A stretch of DNA of 64,000 nucleotides from Bacilli bacterium (GCA_045125935.1 JBGVNW010000014.1:15649-79648), one strand, 5' to 3'. Positions 10,523 through 21,698 are shown, counted from the first letter of the stretch. Numbers and translations are program-made. The notes: generated by a model not told the origin, from the sequence alone.

Positions 10523-10612
10523 TTAATCACCTCAATCATAACTAATTATATCAAAATAATACATACTAGACAATAAATCAAAAGAAAAAACCAACATGGT
10601 TGGTCTTTAATC

Positions 10613-10861
10613 TTAACCTGCTAATGTAAATAATAGTGCTGAGATTAGTATTAATATAATAAAAACAAATCCAGTCCAAGATCCAGTCCTTGCAAATTGA
10701 GCATGATATTTATAATCTTTTTTATTTTCAAAATAAAAATATAAAGCAAATCCTACTGGAAAGCAGAAGATTCCAGTAAGTAATAATATTAAGCGTTCTT
10801 CAACTGATATTTTACCTTCATAAATATCAACAACTTCTTTTTCATCATCTTTCTTTTTCAT
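10613..10861 (-). CDS. Small membrane protein
   Basis: Two hydrophobic segments; AGGAGG SD before ATG 10861. Confidence 0.6.
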   Translation of the reverse strand: MKKKDDEKEVVDIYEGKISVEERLILLLTGIFCFPVGFALYFYFENKKDYKYHAQFARTGSWTGFVFIILILISALLFTLAG

Positions 10862-10918
10862 ATAACGTACTCCTCCTATATTTTCATTATAGCAAATAAC
10901 CATAATTTAAACAAGTAA

Positions 10919-12877
10919 TCATGTCCCAACATATTGACTGTTCTTCTCGTCAAATGTTTGATCAGTTACACTGGGTTCAGTACCTTTAATAAAATACATT
11001 AATTTCTTCTTCTCTGATGTCTCATCTGCCGGTTTACCAGAGATTGGATCAACTAAAACAGCTGAAACATTACTAGGCATTTCATACCATTCATCTTCTT
11101 TTCCTGCTTCATAACTCTCAACTGAATTAAACCAAATATTTTGTGCATATTTATATTCAGAAGTATTTAAAGAACGATTATCATCATAACCAATCCATAC
11201 AGCTGATACAATGTTTTTATTAAATCCAATATTCCAATTATCACCATTAGTAGTACCACTTTTTAATGAATAAGTATGAGTAAGTTTAGATGCAAGTGAA
11301 ATAGCCGTTGGATAATTATAATCAATATAATCAGGATCATATGTTGCGGTTAACAAATTATTTAAAATAAATACTATACTAGAATTTAAAACTAATTCTT
11401 TACTATTGTCTGCTTCATATAAAACGTTTCCTTCAGCATCAACTACTTTTTCAATTAAATGTGGTGTAACTTTATAACCTAAATTAGCAAAAGCTGAATA
11501 GCCTGCTGCCATTTCTATAATACTAATTTCATTAGTTCCAAGAGGAAGAGATGGAATATTTTCTAATTTTGCAGTAATACCGACACGTCTAGCAACATTG
11601 ATTAAAGCATCACTTCCTAAAAATAGGTGAGTTTTAACAGCATATATATTTTCTGAATAAGCAATAGCTGTACCCATTGAAATAGGTTTATTACCATATG
11701 TGTTATTATAGTTTCTAGGAGAATAATTACTTTGATCGCTAAAGGTAAAGGTAGTAGCCTCACTAGTAAATGCTGAACTAGAAGTAAACCCATTCTCTAA
11801 AGCTGCATAGTATAAATAAGGCTTCATAGTAGAACCAACTTGTCTCATAGAATCAGTCGCTCTATTAAAAGAAGAAACATTATAATCTCTTCCACCAATA
11901 AGTGCAATTATACCACCTGTTTCAGGATTCATCATTACAGCAGCAGTTTCAATTTCAGAATCGTCTGGAATCGTATTTTTAATAGTATCTTCTAGATTTT
12001 TCTGTGCAGAAATATCAAGATTAGTATAAATCTTTAATCCCTTACTATCACTATAAGATAATGGAATAGAATCAATTGATTTTAATTCTTTAATAACTGC
12101 ATCTTGATAATACATAAGTGTACTAAGTTCCTGTATTTCTTCCTCTCCATTAAAAATTAATTCTTCATTATAAGCCTCATTTTTTTCCTCCTCAGTAATA
12201 ACTCCATTTTTAACTAGTAATTCTAAAATTAATAATTGCCTACTTTTAGCTAAATCATAATTATTTAAAGGAGAGTAATTAGCAGGAGATTTAGGAATAC
12301 CTGTCAAAATAGTAGCTTCTGCAAGTGTTAAATCTTTTGCTGATTTATTAAAATAAAACTTACTGGCATTTTCAATTCCATATTTACCATGTCCATAATT
12401 AATTGTATTTAAGTAGCCCTCTAAAATTTCATCTTTCGAATAATTGGCCTCAATCTTCAATGTATACCACATTTCATCCCATTTACGTTTCCAAGTCTTA
12501 TCAAAATCTAAAAATAAGTTCTTAGCATATTGCTGTGTAATAGTAGATGCTCCTTGTTTAGTAGAACCACTTACAATGTTGACATATCCAGCTTTTAAAA
12601 TCCTAAGAAAATCAAATCCAAAATGTTTATAAAAGTTTTTATCTTCCGTATAAATAGTAGCGTTAATTAAATGTTCTGACATATCACTTAAAGATATCCA
12701 TTCCTTAGATTCATTTCCTTGAAAGAAAACTTGTTCACTATTATCATATAAAACTAAGCTATTTGCACTTGAAATTTCTGGTTTAGGAGAAGTTTTTACA
12801 TATGCATAAATACCACCAATTCCAAGTATTACTAAAATAATCATAAGTTTAATAAATTTAAAAAATTTTCTAATCAT
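10919..12877 (-). CDS. Class A penicillin-binding protein (transglycosylase-transpeptidase)
   Basis: EDKNFYKHFG, GASTITQQ, YLNTINYG; TP motifs STMK, SEN, KSGT. Confidence 0.93.
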   Translation of the reverse strand: MIRKFFKFIKLMIILVILGIGGIYAYVKTSPKPEISSANSLVLYDNSEQVFFQGNESKEWISLSDMSEHLINATIYTEDKNFYKHFGFDFLRILKAGYVNIVSGSTKQGASTITQQYAKNLFLDFDKTWKRKWDEMWYTLKIEANYSKDEILEGYLNTINYGHGKYGIENASKFYFNKSAKDLTLAEATILTGIPKSPANYSPLNNYDLAKSRQLLILELLVKNGVITEEEKNEAYNEELIFNGEEEIQELSTLMYYQDAVIKELKSIDSIPLSYSDSKGLKIYTNLDISAQKNLEDTIKNTIPDDSEIETAAVMMNPETGGIIALIGGRDYNVSSFNRATDSMRQVGSTMKPYLYYAALENGFTSSSAFTSEATTFTFSDQSNYSPRNYNNTYGNKPISMGTAIAYSENIYAVKTHLFLGSDALINVARRVGITAKLENIPSLPLGTNEISIIEMAAGYSAFANLGYKVTPHLIEKVVDAEGNVLYEADNSKELVLNSSIVFILNNLLTATYDPDYIDYNYPTAISLASKLTHTYSLKSGTTNGDNWNIGFNKNIVSAVWIGYDDNRSLNTSEYKYAQNIWFNSVESYEAGKEDEWYEMPSNVSAVLVDPISGKPADETSEKKKLMYFIKGTEPSVTDQTFDEKNSQYVGT

Positions 12878-12988
12878 AATAATAGTCTCCTTTTCTTTAT
12901 TAGTATTTAAATAAAAAAAGAAAATATGTATAAAATTTCCATCTTTTATGCTATAATCTAAACTATAAATTTAAGGCGGTGGTGTAAT

Positions 12989-13342
12989 GTGAGAAAAAAA
13001 GTACGCATTACGACAATTAGTAATAATCATGAAGTAAGATATGATACTAAAGCAATTATTCATGACAATTCAATTGTTTATATTGAAAAAGATGATAAAA
13101 AGACTAAAACATACTTTAATTATGATAAAAATCAACTAATTAGAGAGAATAAAGAATTATCATTGAAATATAATTTTGATAAAGAGAAACAAACTACGGG
13201 ACAATTGTTAGTTTATGAATTACAAAAATATGTAACTTTAAAAATAGTAACTAAAGAACTAGTCCGATGTGACTATAATATAGAAATAAAATTTTTAGTA
13301 GAAAATGAACCAATTGAATATAAAATCGAGGTGTTAAAATGA
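12989..13342 (+). CDS. DUF1934/YwiB-like beta-barrel protein
   Basis: Beta-rich 117 aa, overlaps the argS start as ywiB does in Bacillus. Confidence 0.55.
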   Translation: MRKKVRITTISNNHEVRYDTKAIIHDNSIVYIEKDDKKTKTYFNYDKNQLIRENKELSLKYNFDKEKQTTGQLLVYELQKYVTLKIVTKELVRCDYNIEIKFLVENEPIEYKIEVLK

Positions 13343-15087
13343 GTTTAATTAAAGATTTAGAAAAAGATATAATAAAAGTAATCAATGAAGCAGGATATAA
13401 TGTAGCAGATCCGATGTTTCAACTATCTAATAGACCAGATTTAGGTCAATATCAAATAAATTGTGCTATGAGTTTGGCAAAACAGTATGGTAAAAATCCA
13501 AGAGAAATTGCAACAGACATTGTAAATGAATTGGAAAAAGATTCTCGTTTTACAAATATAAACATTGCTGGTCCAGGGTTTATAAATATAACACTTACAA
13601 ATGAGTCTTTAGCAAATATGCTAAATATGATCAATAATGATATAAATGTAAATATTGATAAAAAATCATCTAAAAAAGTAATTTTAGACTATGGCGGTGC
13701 CAACGTTGCTAAAGCATTACATGTAGGCCATTTAAGAAGTGCAAATATAGGAGAAGCATTAAAAAGATTAGCCAAATTATTAGGATATCAAGTACTAGGA
13801 GATGCTCATCTAGGAGATTATGGAAGACCATTAGGTTTTGTTGTATTGGAAATTAAAAAAAGATATCCAAATTTAGCTTATTTTGATGAAACATATACAG
13901 GAGATTATAGTGAAGTAGAATTACCAATTACCAATACTGATCTAGAGCAAATATATCCATATGCTTCAGCAAAAGCCAAAGAAGATGAGGCGTATCTAGA
14001 AGAAGGACGAGATGTAACATATAAAATTCAAACCCATACACGTGGTTATTATGACTTATGGAAAAAGGTTGTTGAAATTTCTAAAGCTGATATTAAAGAA
14101 ATTTATGATGACTTAAATGTTCATTTCGAATTATGGCAAGGTGAAAGTGATGCAATGGAATATTTTCCACAACTTCAAGAGATATTTGAGCAAGCAAATC
14201 TCCTAGTAGAAAGTGAAGGAGCAAAAATTGTTGAATTAAAAGAAGAAACTGATAATTCACCAATGCCACCGCTATTATTTATAAAATCAAATGGTACAAT
14301 TTCTTATGAAACAACTGACTTAGCAACAATTCTAGAAAGAAAATTAAAATATAATCCAGATGAAATTTGGTATTGCATTGATACAAGACAAGAATTACAT
14401 TTTGAACAAGTGTTCCGTGCAGCCCGCAAGGCCAATCTTATAACAGAAGATGTAAATCTAGAAGTAGTTGGTTTTGGTACAATGAATGGTAAGGATGGTA
14501 AGCCATTTAAGACAAGAGACGGCGGAGTAATGTCTCTAAAAAATCTAATTGGCTTAGTTCATGAGGAAACATTAAAAAGAATTAATCCTCAAACAGTTCC
14601 AGAAGCAGAAAGAGAAAGTATTGCTAAAACAGTAGCTATTGCCGCTTTAAAATATGCAGATTTCTTGCCATATCGTGGTACAGACTATATCTTTGAAGTA
14701 GAAAAGTTTGCTGATTTAGAAGGAAAAACAGGGCCATATCTACTATATTCTACAATAAGAATGAAATCTCTTTTAGCCAAAGCAAAAGATATAGACTTTC
14801 AAAAATTACATATTCTAAACAGCCAAACAGAACAAGATATAGCATTAACTATTTTAAATATGCCAAATATTTTAACTAAGTCAATTGAAGCAAAATCTTT
14901 AAATGATATTGCGGAATATTTATATAAATTAACTTCTTTATACAACAAATTCTATAATGAAAATAAAATTTTAGTAGAAGAAAATAAAGAATTAAGAGAA
15001 TCTTGGTTAGTATTAACAAAAGTTGTATATGATATAAATACATTACTTTTAGATGTTTTAGGAATTAGTGTCCCAGAAAAAATGTAA
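13339..15087 (+). CDS. argS: Arginine--tRNA ligase
   Basis: AGPGFIN, ANVAKALHVGHLRS, FKTRDG, GKTGPYLLY, terminal PEKM. Confidence 0.97.
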   Translation: MSLIKDLEKDIIKVINEAGYNVADPMFQLSNRPDLGQYQINCAMSLAKQYGKNPREIATDIVNELEKDSRFTNINIAGPGFINITLTNESLANMLNMINNDINVNIDKKSSKKVILDYGGANVAKALHVGHLRSANIGEALKRLAKLLGYQVLGDAHLGDYGRPLGFVVLEIKKRYPNLAYFDETYTGDYSEVELPITNTDLEQIYPYASAKAKEDEAYLEEGRDVTYKIQTHTRGYYDLWKKVVEISKADIKEIYDDLNVHFELWQGESDAMEYFPQLQEIFEQANLLVESEGAKIVELKEETDNSPMPPLLFIKSNGTISYETTDLATILERKLKYNPDEIWYCIDTRQELHFEQVFRAARKANLITEDVNLEVVGFGTMNGKDGKPFKTRDGGVMSLKNLIGLVHEETLKRINPQTVPEAERESIAKTVAIAALKYADFLPYRGTDYIFEVEKFADLEGKTGPYLLYSTIRMKSLLAKAKDIDFQKLHILNSQTEQDIALTILNMPNILTKSIEAKSLNDIAEYLYKLTSLYNKFYNENKILVEENKELRESWLVLTKVVYDINTLLLDVLGISVPEKM

Positions 15088-15196
15088 AAAAATAGTTGTA
15101 TTTATGTAAGATATGTGTTATAAGTTTATTGGTAATTTTATTACCCAGTCAAAAAATAGAAAAAATACATATAATGTTTTGATATAGGAGGTCAAC

Positions 15197-15646
15197 ATGG
15201 ACTTAAAAAAGATGACTAAAGATGAATTAGAACTATTGTCAAATAAAGATATTACTAACTTAATTCTTGAGGATAGTAAAAAATCAATGAATACAGCTGA
15301 TTTATTTAAGAAAATAATTAAATTATTAGAATTACCTGAAAACATATTTGAAAAGAAAATTGCTGATTATTATACATCTCTAGCAACAGATAAAAGATTT
15401 GTTTTATTAGAAGATGGAACATGGGACTTAAGAAGTCGTCACACTTCAGATAAAGTTGTTAAAGTTACTGATGATGAAGACGAGGAAGAAACAGAAGAAA
15501 AAGAAAATGAAGATGAAGAAGAAGACGATTCATTATCTGAAGACTCATATGATGATACAGATGAATCTGATTATGACGATGAAACTAATGAAGAATTAAA
15601 AGACTTAGTTATAATCGATGAAGATGAATTAGAACTAGAACAATAA
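15197..15646 (+). CDS. rpoE: RNA polymerase delta subunit
   Basis: YT.L..DKRF...DGTWDLR plus a long acidic tail; follows argS. Confidence 0.92.
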   Translation: MDLKKMTKDELELLSNKDITNLILEDSKKSMNTADLFKKIIKLLELPENIFEKKIADYYTSLATDKRFVLLEDGTWDLRSRHTSDKVVKVTDDEDEEETEEKENEDEEEDDSLSEDSYDDTDESDYDDETNEELKDLVIIDEDELELEQ

Positions 15647-15710
15647 TCTAGTTTTTTTCTTCAAAAAAGTATGATATAATACGTTTGAATTACAAGGAAA
15701 GGGTGAGACT

Positions 15711-16778
15711 ATGATCGAAAGATTAGAAGCTACACTAGAAAAATATCAATATTTAGAAAATGAGCTTACAAAACCAGAAGTATTAAGTGATATTAAAAAG
15801 ACTAGAGAATATTCAAAAGAAATGTCCTCAATTGAAGACATTGTTAATTGTTACAAAAAATACAAAAAGGTTTTAGAAGACATTGAAAATACTAGAGAAA
15901 TGACAAAAGATCCAGATCTAGGAGAAATGGCTAAAGATGAATTAAAAGCCTTAGAAGAAGAAAAAACAGTGCTAGACGGCGAATTAGAAATATTATTAAT
16001 ACCAAAAGATCCTAATGATGACAAAAACGTTGTTATTGAAATTAGAGGAGCTGCAGGTGGAGATGAAGCTAATATTTTTGCAGGTGACTTATTCAGAATG
16101 TATACAAGATATGCTGAAAAACAAGGAATGAGCTATCAAGTATATAATGCTGTAGATGGAACAGCTGGAGGATTCAGTCAAATAGAATTTATTGTAAAAG
16201 GAAAAAATGCATATTCTTTATTAAAATATGAAAGTGGATCACACAGAGTTCAACGTGTACCAGTAACAGAGGCCAATGGCCGCTTACAAACATCAACCGC
16301 AACAGTTTTAGTAATGCCAGAAGCTGATGATGATATTGATATTCAAATTAATCCTAATGATTTAAGAATAGATATTTATCGTTCAAGTGGATGCGGTGGA
16401 CAAGGTGTAAATACTACTGATTCAGCCGTAAGAATTACTCACTTACCTACCAATACAGTTGTTACTTGTCAAAATGAAAGAAGCCAAATTCAAAATAAAG
16501 AACAAGCAATGAAAGTCTTAAAGACACGACTTTATGAATTAGAATTACAAAAACAACTAGAAGAGACTGGTGCTGAGCGTCGTAGTAAAATAGGTACTGG
16601 TGATAGAGCAGAAAAAATAAGAACATATAACTATCCACAAAATAGGGTAACAGATCATAGAATTGGCTTTACTACTAAGAACTTAGACAGAGTAATGGAT
16701 GGCGATTTAGAAGATGTTATTAATGCTTTAATTCAAGAAGATCAAAAACGTAAATTAAAAGGAGAAACAGAAGAGTAA
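15711..16778 (+). CDS. prfA: Peptide chain release factor 1
   Basis: GGDEA, HRVQRVPVT (PxT), GGQ, IRTYNYPQNRVTDHRI. Confidence 0.98.
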   Translation: MIERLEATLEKYQYLENELTKPEVLSDIKKTREYSKEMSSIEDIVNCYKKYKKVLEDIENTREMTKDPDLGEMAKDELKALEEEKTVLDGELEILLIPKDPNDDKNVVIEIRGAAGGDEANIFAGDLFRMYTRYAEKQGMSYQVYNAVDGTAGGFSQIEFIVKGKNAYSLLKYESGSHRVQRVPVTEANGRLQTSTATVLVMPEADDDIDIQINPNDLRIDIYRSSGCGGQGVNTTDSAVRITHLPTNTVVTCQNERSQIQNKEQAMKVLKTRLYELELQKQLEETGAERRSKIGTGDRAEKIRTYNYPQNRVTDHRIGFTTKNLDRVMDGDLEDVINALIQEDQKRKLKGETEE

Positions 16779-17602
16779 TGACAGTTGAAAATCTTCTGTT
16801 TTTTGCTAAACAGCATATACATTCTGATCATGCCAAAATACTTTTAGCTGAACTTCTAAATAAAAATCCATTAGAACTTTTAAATTATCTTTCTGAAACA
16901 GTTTCATCTGAACAAGCAGAATTATTTAAAAAAGAAGTAATGGCCTTAGAAGAAGGAAAACCATTACAATATATTCTTGGAAATGTTAATTTTTATGGAA
17001 ATAACTTTTATATAAATGAAAATGTTTTAATACCACGCTTTGAAACTGAAGAATTAGTAGAGCAAACAATTAATTATGCAAAAAAGTTTTTCACAACACC
17101 TGTGGATATAATTGATTTAGGTTGTGGTAGTGGTGTAATAGGCTTAACTTTAGAAAAAAAACTTTCCACAAATTCTGTGGATTTAGTTGATATAAGTGAA
17201 AAAGCTCTAGAAGTTACCCACAAGAATTGTGAAAAACTATCTTCAAATGCCAATTTAATTAACAGTGATATGTTCGAAAAGGTTACTAAAAAATATGATA
17301 TTATTATAAGTAATCCACCATATATAAAAACAACCGAAGAAATTGAAGAAATTGTTAAAAACAATGAGCCACATCTAGCTTTATATGCTGGAGAAGATGG
17401 CCTTGATTGCTATAGAAAGATTTTAAATAATATCACACCACACATGAAAGAATGTTGCCTAATCGCTTTTGAAATAGGCATGACTCAAGCCCAACCAATT
17501 ATTGAATTGGTAAAAGAAAATCTCCCTACTGCCAAAGTAGAAGTCAAAAAAGACTTATCTGAAAAAGATAGAATGTTATTTATTTTTCAAAATCTTGAAT
17601 AA
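16778..17602 (+). CDS. prmC: Release factor glutamine methyltransferase
   Basis: PLQYI, VLIPRFETE, DLGCGSG, NPPY; coupled to prfA. Confidence 0.96.
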   Translation: MTVENLLFFAKQHIHSDHAKILLAELLNKNPLELLNYLSETVSSEQAELFKKEVMALEEGKPLQYILGNVNFYGNNFYINENVLIPRFETEELVEQTINYAKKFFTTPVDIIDLGCGSGVIGLTLEKKLSTNSVDLVDISEKALEVTHKNCEKLSSNANLINSDMFEKVTKKYDIIISNPPYIKTTEEIEEIVKNNEPHLALYAGEDGLDCYRKILNNITPHMKECCLIAFEIGMTQAQPIIELVKENLPTAKVEVKKDLSEKDRMLFIFQNLE

Positions 17603-17648
17603 AAAAATAAACTTAACCTCACTATTATAATGAAAGTGAGGTTTTTAT

Positions 17649-18170
17649 ATGAAAAAAACTTTAATAATAATCGCAATAATTATATTAATTTTAAGTATTG
17701 GAAAAAATAAAACAGTAACAATTCCTTCGGAAGCAATTCGATTTAGAGTGATTGCCAGTAGTAACAGTGCAGAAGACCAATCATTAAAAAAAGAAATAAC
17801 CGCCAATATTTATAAAGAATTTACTAAATTAAATCTAGAAGATAGTAATATTAATAATATTAGAAATACTATTAAATCACAAGTTCCATTGGTTGAATCA
17901 ATAGTTGAAAATACTTTAGAAGAAAAAAAATTAACAAAACAGTACAATGTAAACTATGGGCTTAACTATTTTCCAGAAAAAGAATATAAAGGTGTGATTT
18001 ATCCAGAGGGAGAATATGAATCATTAGTTGTTACGCTAGGAGATGGTTTGGGTGATAATTTCTGGTGTGTACTATTTCCTCCTCTATGCTTATTAGAAGC
18101 CGAAGAAACAGACACTACAGACGTAGAATATACTTCGTTTATAAAAGAAGTCATTGAAAAGTACTTCTAA
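17649..18170 (+). CDS. spoIIR: Stage II sporulation protein R
   Basis: AIRFRVIASSNS..DQ.LK, FP.K.Y....P.G.YE, G.G.G.NFWCVLFPPLC; follows prmC as in Bacillus. Confidence 0.92.
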   Translation: MKKTLIIIAIIILILSIGKNKTVTIPSEAIRFRVIASSNSAEDQSLKKEITANIYKEFTKLNLEDSNINNIRNTIKSQVPLVESIVENTLEEKKLTKQYNVNYGLNYFPEKEYKGVIYPEGEYESLVVTLGDGLGDNFWCVLFPPLCLLEAEETDTTDVEYTSFIKEVIEKYF

Positions 18171-18195
18171 ATCATAAAATATATAAGGTGATATT

Positions 18196-18723
18196 ATGCA
18201 AAACCTTATATATTTTTTTATTGCTATTGGTTTAAGTATGGATGCATTTTCTCTTGCTATAGCGTATGGTACTAATTACATAAAAAAAATAAAAGTAGTT
18301 TTCTTAAGTATTTTAGTAGGTATTTTTCATTATTTAATGCCATCTCTTGGCTCTGTAATAGGTTCTAAAATAGTCTTTTTAATTTCAAAGTCAAATTATA
18401 TTATTAGTCTTGTCTTTTTTTTACTGAGTTATGAAATGTATAAATCTAGAAACGAGGAACATAACGGTAATCTAACTAATTTTATATCATTAATTTTATT
18501 TGCTTTTACAGTAAGTATTGATAGTTTCTCAGTAGGCCTAGCTCTAGGAATTGAAAAAACCAATTTAAAAGTAGCATTTCTAATTTTTTCTTTAGTAAGT
18601 GCAAGTTTTACTTATACAGGATTAACTCTTGGAAATTATTTATCTAAAAAATATGGTAATAAAGCTACATATATAGGAATAATTATTTTGATTTTGATTG
18701 CAATCAAATATTTATTCTCTTAA
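18196..18723 (+). CDS. mntP: Manganese efflux pump MntP (YwlD) family
   Basis: LSMDAFS and VSIDSFSVG repeats, multiple TM segments. Confidence 0.85.
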   Translation: MQNLIYFFIAIGLSMDAFSLAIAYGTNYIKKIKVVFLSILVGIFHYLMPSLGSVIGSKIVFLISKSNYIISLVFFLLSYEMYKSRNEEHNGNLTNFISLILFAFTVSIDSFSVGLALGIEKTNLKVAFLIFSLVSASFTYTGLTLGNYLSKKYGNKATYIGIIILILIAIKYLFS

Positions 18724-18805
18724 TTTACGTTGATTTACTTGATAAAGTGTCCAATTCATTGACAAAATTGGGTATTTTTTTTATGATTTAATTGGGTGAT
18801 AATAT

Positions 18806-19651
18806 ATGTTAGTAAACTTTAATGAAATGCTAAAAAATGCAAAAGAAGGACATTATGCAGTACCACAATTTAATATTAATAATTTAGAGTGGACAAAGTA
18901 TATTTTGGAAAAATGTAATGAATTAAATATTCCTGTAATTTTAGGTGTTAGCGAAGGTGCAGCTAAATATATGGGAGGATTTTTAGTAGTAAGTGAAATG
19001 GTAAAAGCAATGGTAGAATCGCTAAAGATAGAAATACCAGTTTGTATTCACTTAGATCATGGTTCATCATTTGAAAGTTGTAAAGCAGCAATTGATGCAG
19101 GATTCACATCAGTAATGATTGATGGTTCAAAACATGAATTACCTGAAAATATCAGAATAACAAAAGCAGTAGTAGATTACGCACATGAAAGAGGAATAAG
19201 TGTTGAGGCTGAAGTTGGTCACATTGGTGGAACAGAAGATAATGTAAGTGGTAATATTTTAAATGCTACATTAGAAGACTGTGTTGAATTATATGAAAAT
19301 ACTGGTATTGATTCTCTAGCACCAGCCTTAGGAAGTGTACATGGTTTCTATAAGGGTGAACCAAACTTAGACTTTGAAACAATGAAAAAAATAAATGATA
19401 CACTACCAATTCCATTAGTATTACATGGTGGAACAGGTATTCCAGAAGATAAAATAAAAACAGCTATTTCTTGTGGTATATCAAAAGTAAATATTAATAC
19501 TGATTTACAGGCAGTATGGAGTAAAGCTGTAAGAGAATTTTTAAGTGAAGATGCAAAAGTTTATGATCCACGTAAAGTAATTGGTAGTGGAGAAGAAGCA
19601 ATGAAAAATCAAATTAATAAAATTGTAACGATATTTGGAACAAAATTATAA
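18806..19651 (+). CDS. fba: Class II fructose-1,6-bisphosphate aldolase
   Basis: FNINNLE, HLDHG, SVMIDGS, GSVHG, LVLHGGTG, KVNINT. Confidence 0.96.
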   Translation: MLVNFNEMLKNAKEGHYAVPQFNINNLEWTKYILEKCNELNIPVILGVSEGAAKYMGGFLVVSEMVKAMVESLKIEIPVCIHLDHGSSFESCKAAIDAGFTSVMIDGSKHELPENIRITKAVVDYAHERGISVEAEVGHIGGTEDNVSGNILNATLEDCVELYENTGIDSLAPALGSVHGFYKGEPNLDFETMKKINDTLPIPLVLHGGTGIPEDKIKTAISCGISKVNINTDLQAVWSKAVREFLSEDAKVYDPRKVIGSGEEAMKNQINKIVTIFGTKL

Positions 19652-19680
19652 AATATAGTAGGTAAAGGCGGAGGTGTAGA

Positions 19681-20934
19681 ATGAAAATTATCGAAATTGA
19701 TGGTGGTAGAAAACTAAGTGGTACAATTCGTGTAAGTGGTGCGAAAAATGCTACTGTAGCTTTAATACCAGCAGCTATCTTAACAGATGAAGAAGCAACA
19801 ATATGTAATGTTCCAGAAATAACAGATACAGATGATTTATGTGATATTTTAGAAACGTTAAAAGTAAATGTAAAACGAGCAAGCGAAAGTATAATCATTG
19901 ATCCAACTAATATGGAAAATATTGAAATTACTGAAAAATTTTCAAAAAAATTAAGAGCTTCTTACTACTTTATGGGAGCATTACTTGGAAAATATGGTAA
20001 AGCAGTTATGTATTTTCCAGGAGGCTGCTCAATTGGTTCTCGTCCAATAGATCTACATTTAAAAGGATTTGAAGCTCTAGGTGCTACAGTAACCATTGAT
20101 AAAAATAAATATACTGTTGAAGCACAAGAATTAAAAGGCGCTAATATTTACTTAGATATTGCATCAGTAGGAGCAACTATTAATATTATGTTAGCCGCTG
20201 TAAGAGCAAAAGGAAAAACTGTTATTGATAACGCTGCGAAGGAACCAGAAATTGTAAATGTTGCCACTTTCTTAAATAATATGGGAGCAAAAATTACTGG
20301 AGCTGGAACATCGACAATTAAAATTGAAGGAGTAGACCACTTACATAAATGTTTTCATGAAGTTATTCCAGACAGAATAGAAGCTGGAACATACATAATT
20401 ATTGGAGCATTATGTGGAAATCCACTAAAAGTAGACAATGTTATACCAGAACATGTTGATGCACTTATATCAAAATTGGAAGAAATCGGTGTTGATGTAG
20501 AAGTTGGTGCCGACTACGTAATTATTAATAGCAACGAAAACTACAAGTCAACTACTGTTAAAACAGCAGTATATCCAGGCTTTCCAACAGACTTGCAACA
20601 ACCATTTAGTGTTTTATTAACACAATGTAATGGAAAATCAAAAGTAATTGAAACAATATTTGAAAATCGTTTTATGCATGTTCCTTACTTAAGAGAATTA
20701 GGAGCAGATATCACAGTTAAAAATCAAACTGCTACAATAATTGGAGCTACAAAATTAACTGGATCTTCAGTAGTTGCCACAGACTTAAGAGCTGGAGCAG
20801 CAATGGTAGCAGCCGCTCTTCTCGCAGATGGAACAACAAGAATAACCAATGTTGAACACATCTTAAGAGGTTATGAACAAATAGTAGAAAAATTAACAGG
20901 CGTAGGTGCTAAAGTAAGAATAAAAGAAATATAA
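19681..20934 (+). CDS. murA: UDP-N-acetylglucosamine 1-carboxyvinyltransferase (MurAB/MurZ-type position)
   Basis: SGAKNA, PGGCSIGSRPIDLH, SVGATIN, PGFPTDLQ, DLRAGA. Confidence 0.97.
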   Translation: MKIIEIDGGRKLSGTIRVSGAKNATVALIPAAILTDEEATICNVPEITDTDDLCDILETLKVNVKRASESIIIDPTNMENIEITEKFSKKLRASYYFMGALLGKYGKAVMYFPGGCSIGSRPIDLHLKGFEALGATVTIDKNKYTVEAQELKGANIYLDIASVGATINIMLAAVRAKGKTVIDNAAKEPEIVNVATFLNNMGAKITGAGTSTIKIEGVDHLHKCFHEVIPDRIEAGTYIIIGALCGNPLKVDNVIPEHVDALISKLEEIGVDVEVGADYVIINSNENYKSTTVKTAVYPGFPTDLQQPFSVLLTQCNGKSKVIETIFENRFMHVPYLRELGADITVKNQTATIIGATKLTGSSVVATDLRAGAAMVAAALLADGTTRITNVEHILRGYEQIVEKLTGVGAKVRIKEI

Positions 20935-20966
20935 TTTAATATATTTCTTTTTTTGGGGGCTGAAAA

Positions 20967-21698
20967 ATGCATTTTATAAAAAAACATTCCAAATTACTTA
21001 TTTTTATTTTAGTATGTCTATCAATATTTTTAATATTTAAATTGAACAATCACCATAATATAACCTATATGTCATTAGGAGATAGTTTTGCTTTAGGAGA
21101 AAATGCCTATAGCCAAGTAGATTACGGTTATAGCGATTATGTTAAAGATTACTTATCTGAAGAACAAAAACTAAATAAATATATCAAATCATTTTCTAAA
21201 AAAGATGCTTCAATTAGTAGTCTATATCAAGATATTGTCTTAAATAAAAAAATAGTATTAGATGAAAAAGAGTATAATATTAAGCAAACACTTCGAGAAA
21301 GTAATATATTAACTATATCAATAGGATTAAACGATTTAATATATAAATTAAGTATCGCTAACAGTTTGAATGATACCACAATAGATAGAATAATTTCAGA
21401 AATAGAAGCAGACTTTAATCAGTTAATAACAGAAATAAGAAAATACTATCCAAATGACATATACGTAGTAGGGTATTATAATGTCTATAAAGATAGTTAT
21501 TTATTTGAAAAAGCAATCAAAAAGTTAAATGAAATATATCAAAATAATGATGATGTTATATATATTGATACTTATGAATTATTCCAAGACAATGAAAACT
21601 ATCTTCCAAATTTCATAAATTATTATCCGACTCGTCAAGGATATGAAGCAATTTCTAAGCAAATAATTACAAAAATAATAAAAAAACTTGAAAAATAG
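20967..21698 (+). CDS. SGNH/GDSL hydrolase family protein
   Basis: LGDS, IG.ND; the usual DxxHP appears as NYYP; N-terminal TM. Confidence 0.7.
   Translation: MHFIKKHSKLLIFILVCLSIFLIFKLNNHHNITYMSLGDSFALGENAYSQVDYGYSDYVKDYLSEEQKLNKYIKSFSKKDASISSLYQDIVLNKKIVLDEKEYNIKQTLRESNILTISIGLNDLIYKLSIANSLNDTTIDRIISEIEADFNQLITEIRKYYPNDIYVVGYYNVYKDSYLFEKAIKKLNEIYQNNDDVIYIDTYELFQDNENYLPNFINYYPTRQGYEAISKQIITKIIKKLEK

Noticed and set aside
15470..15640. GAA/GAT-rich low-complexity repeat
   Set aside because: This is the normal acidic tail of RNA polymerase delta.
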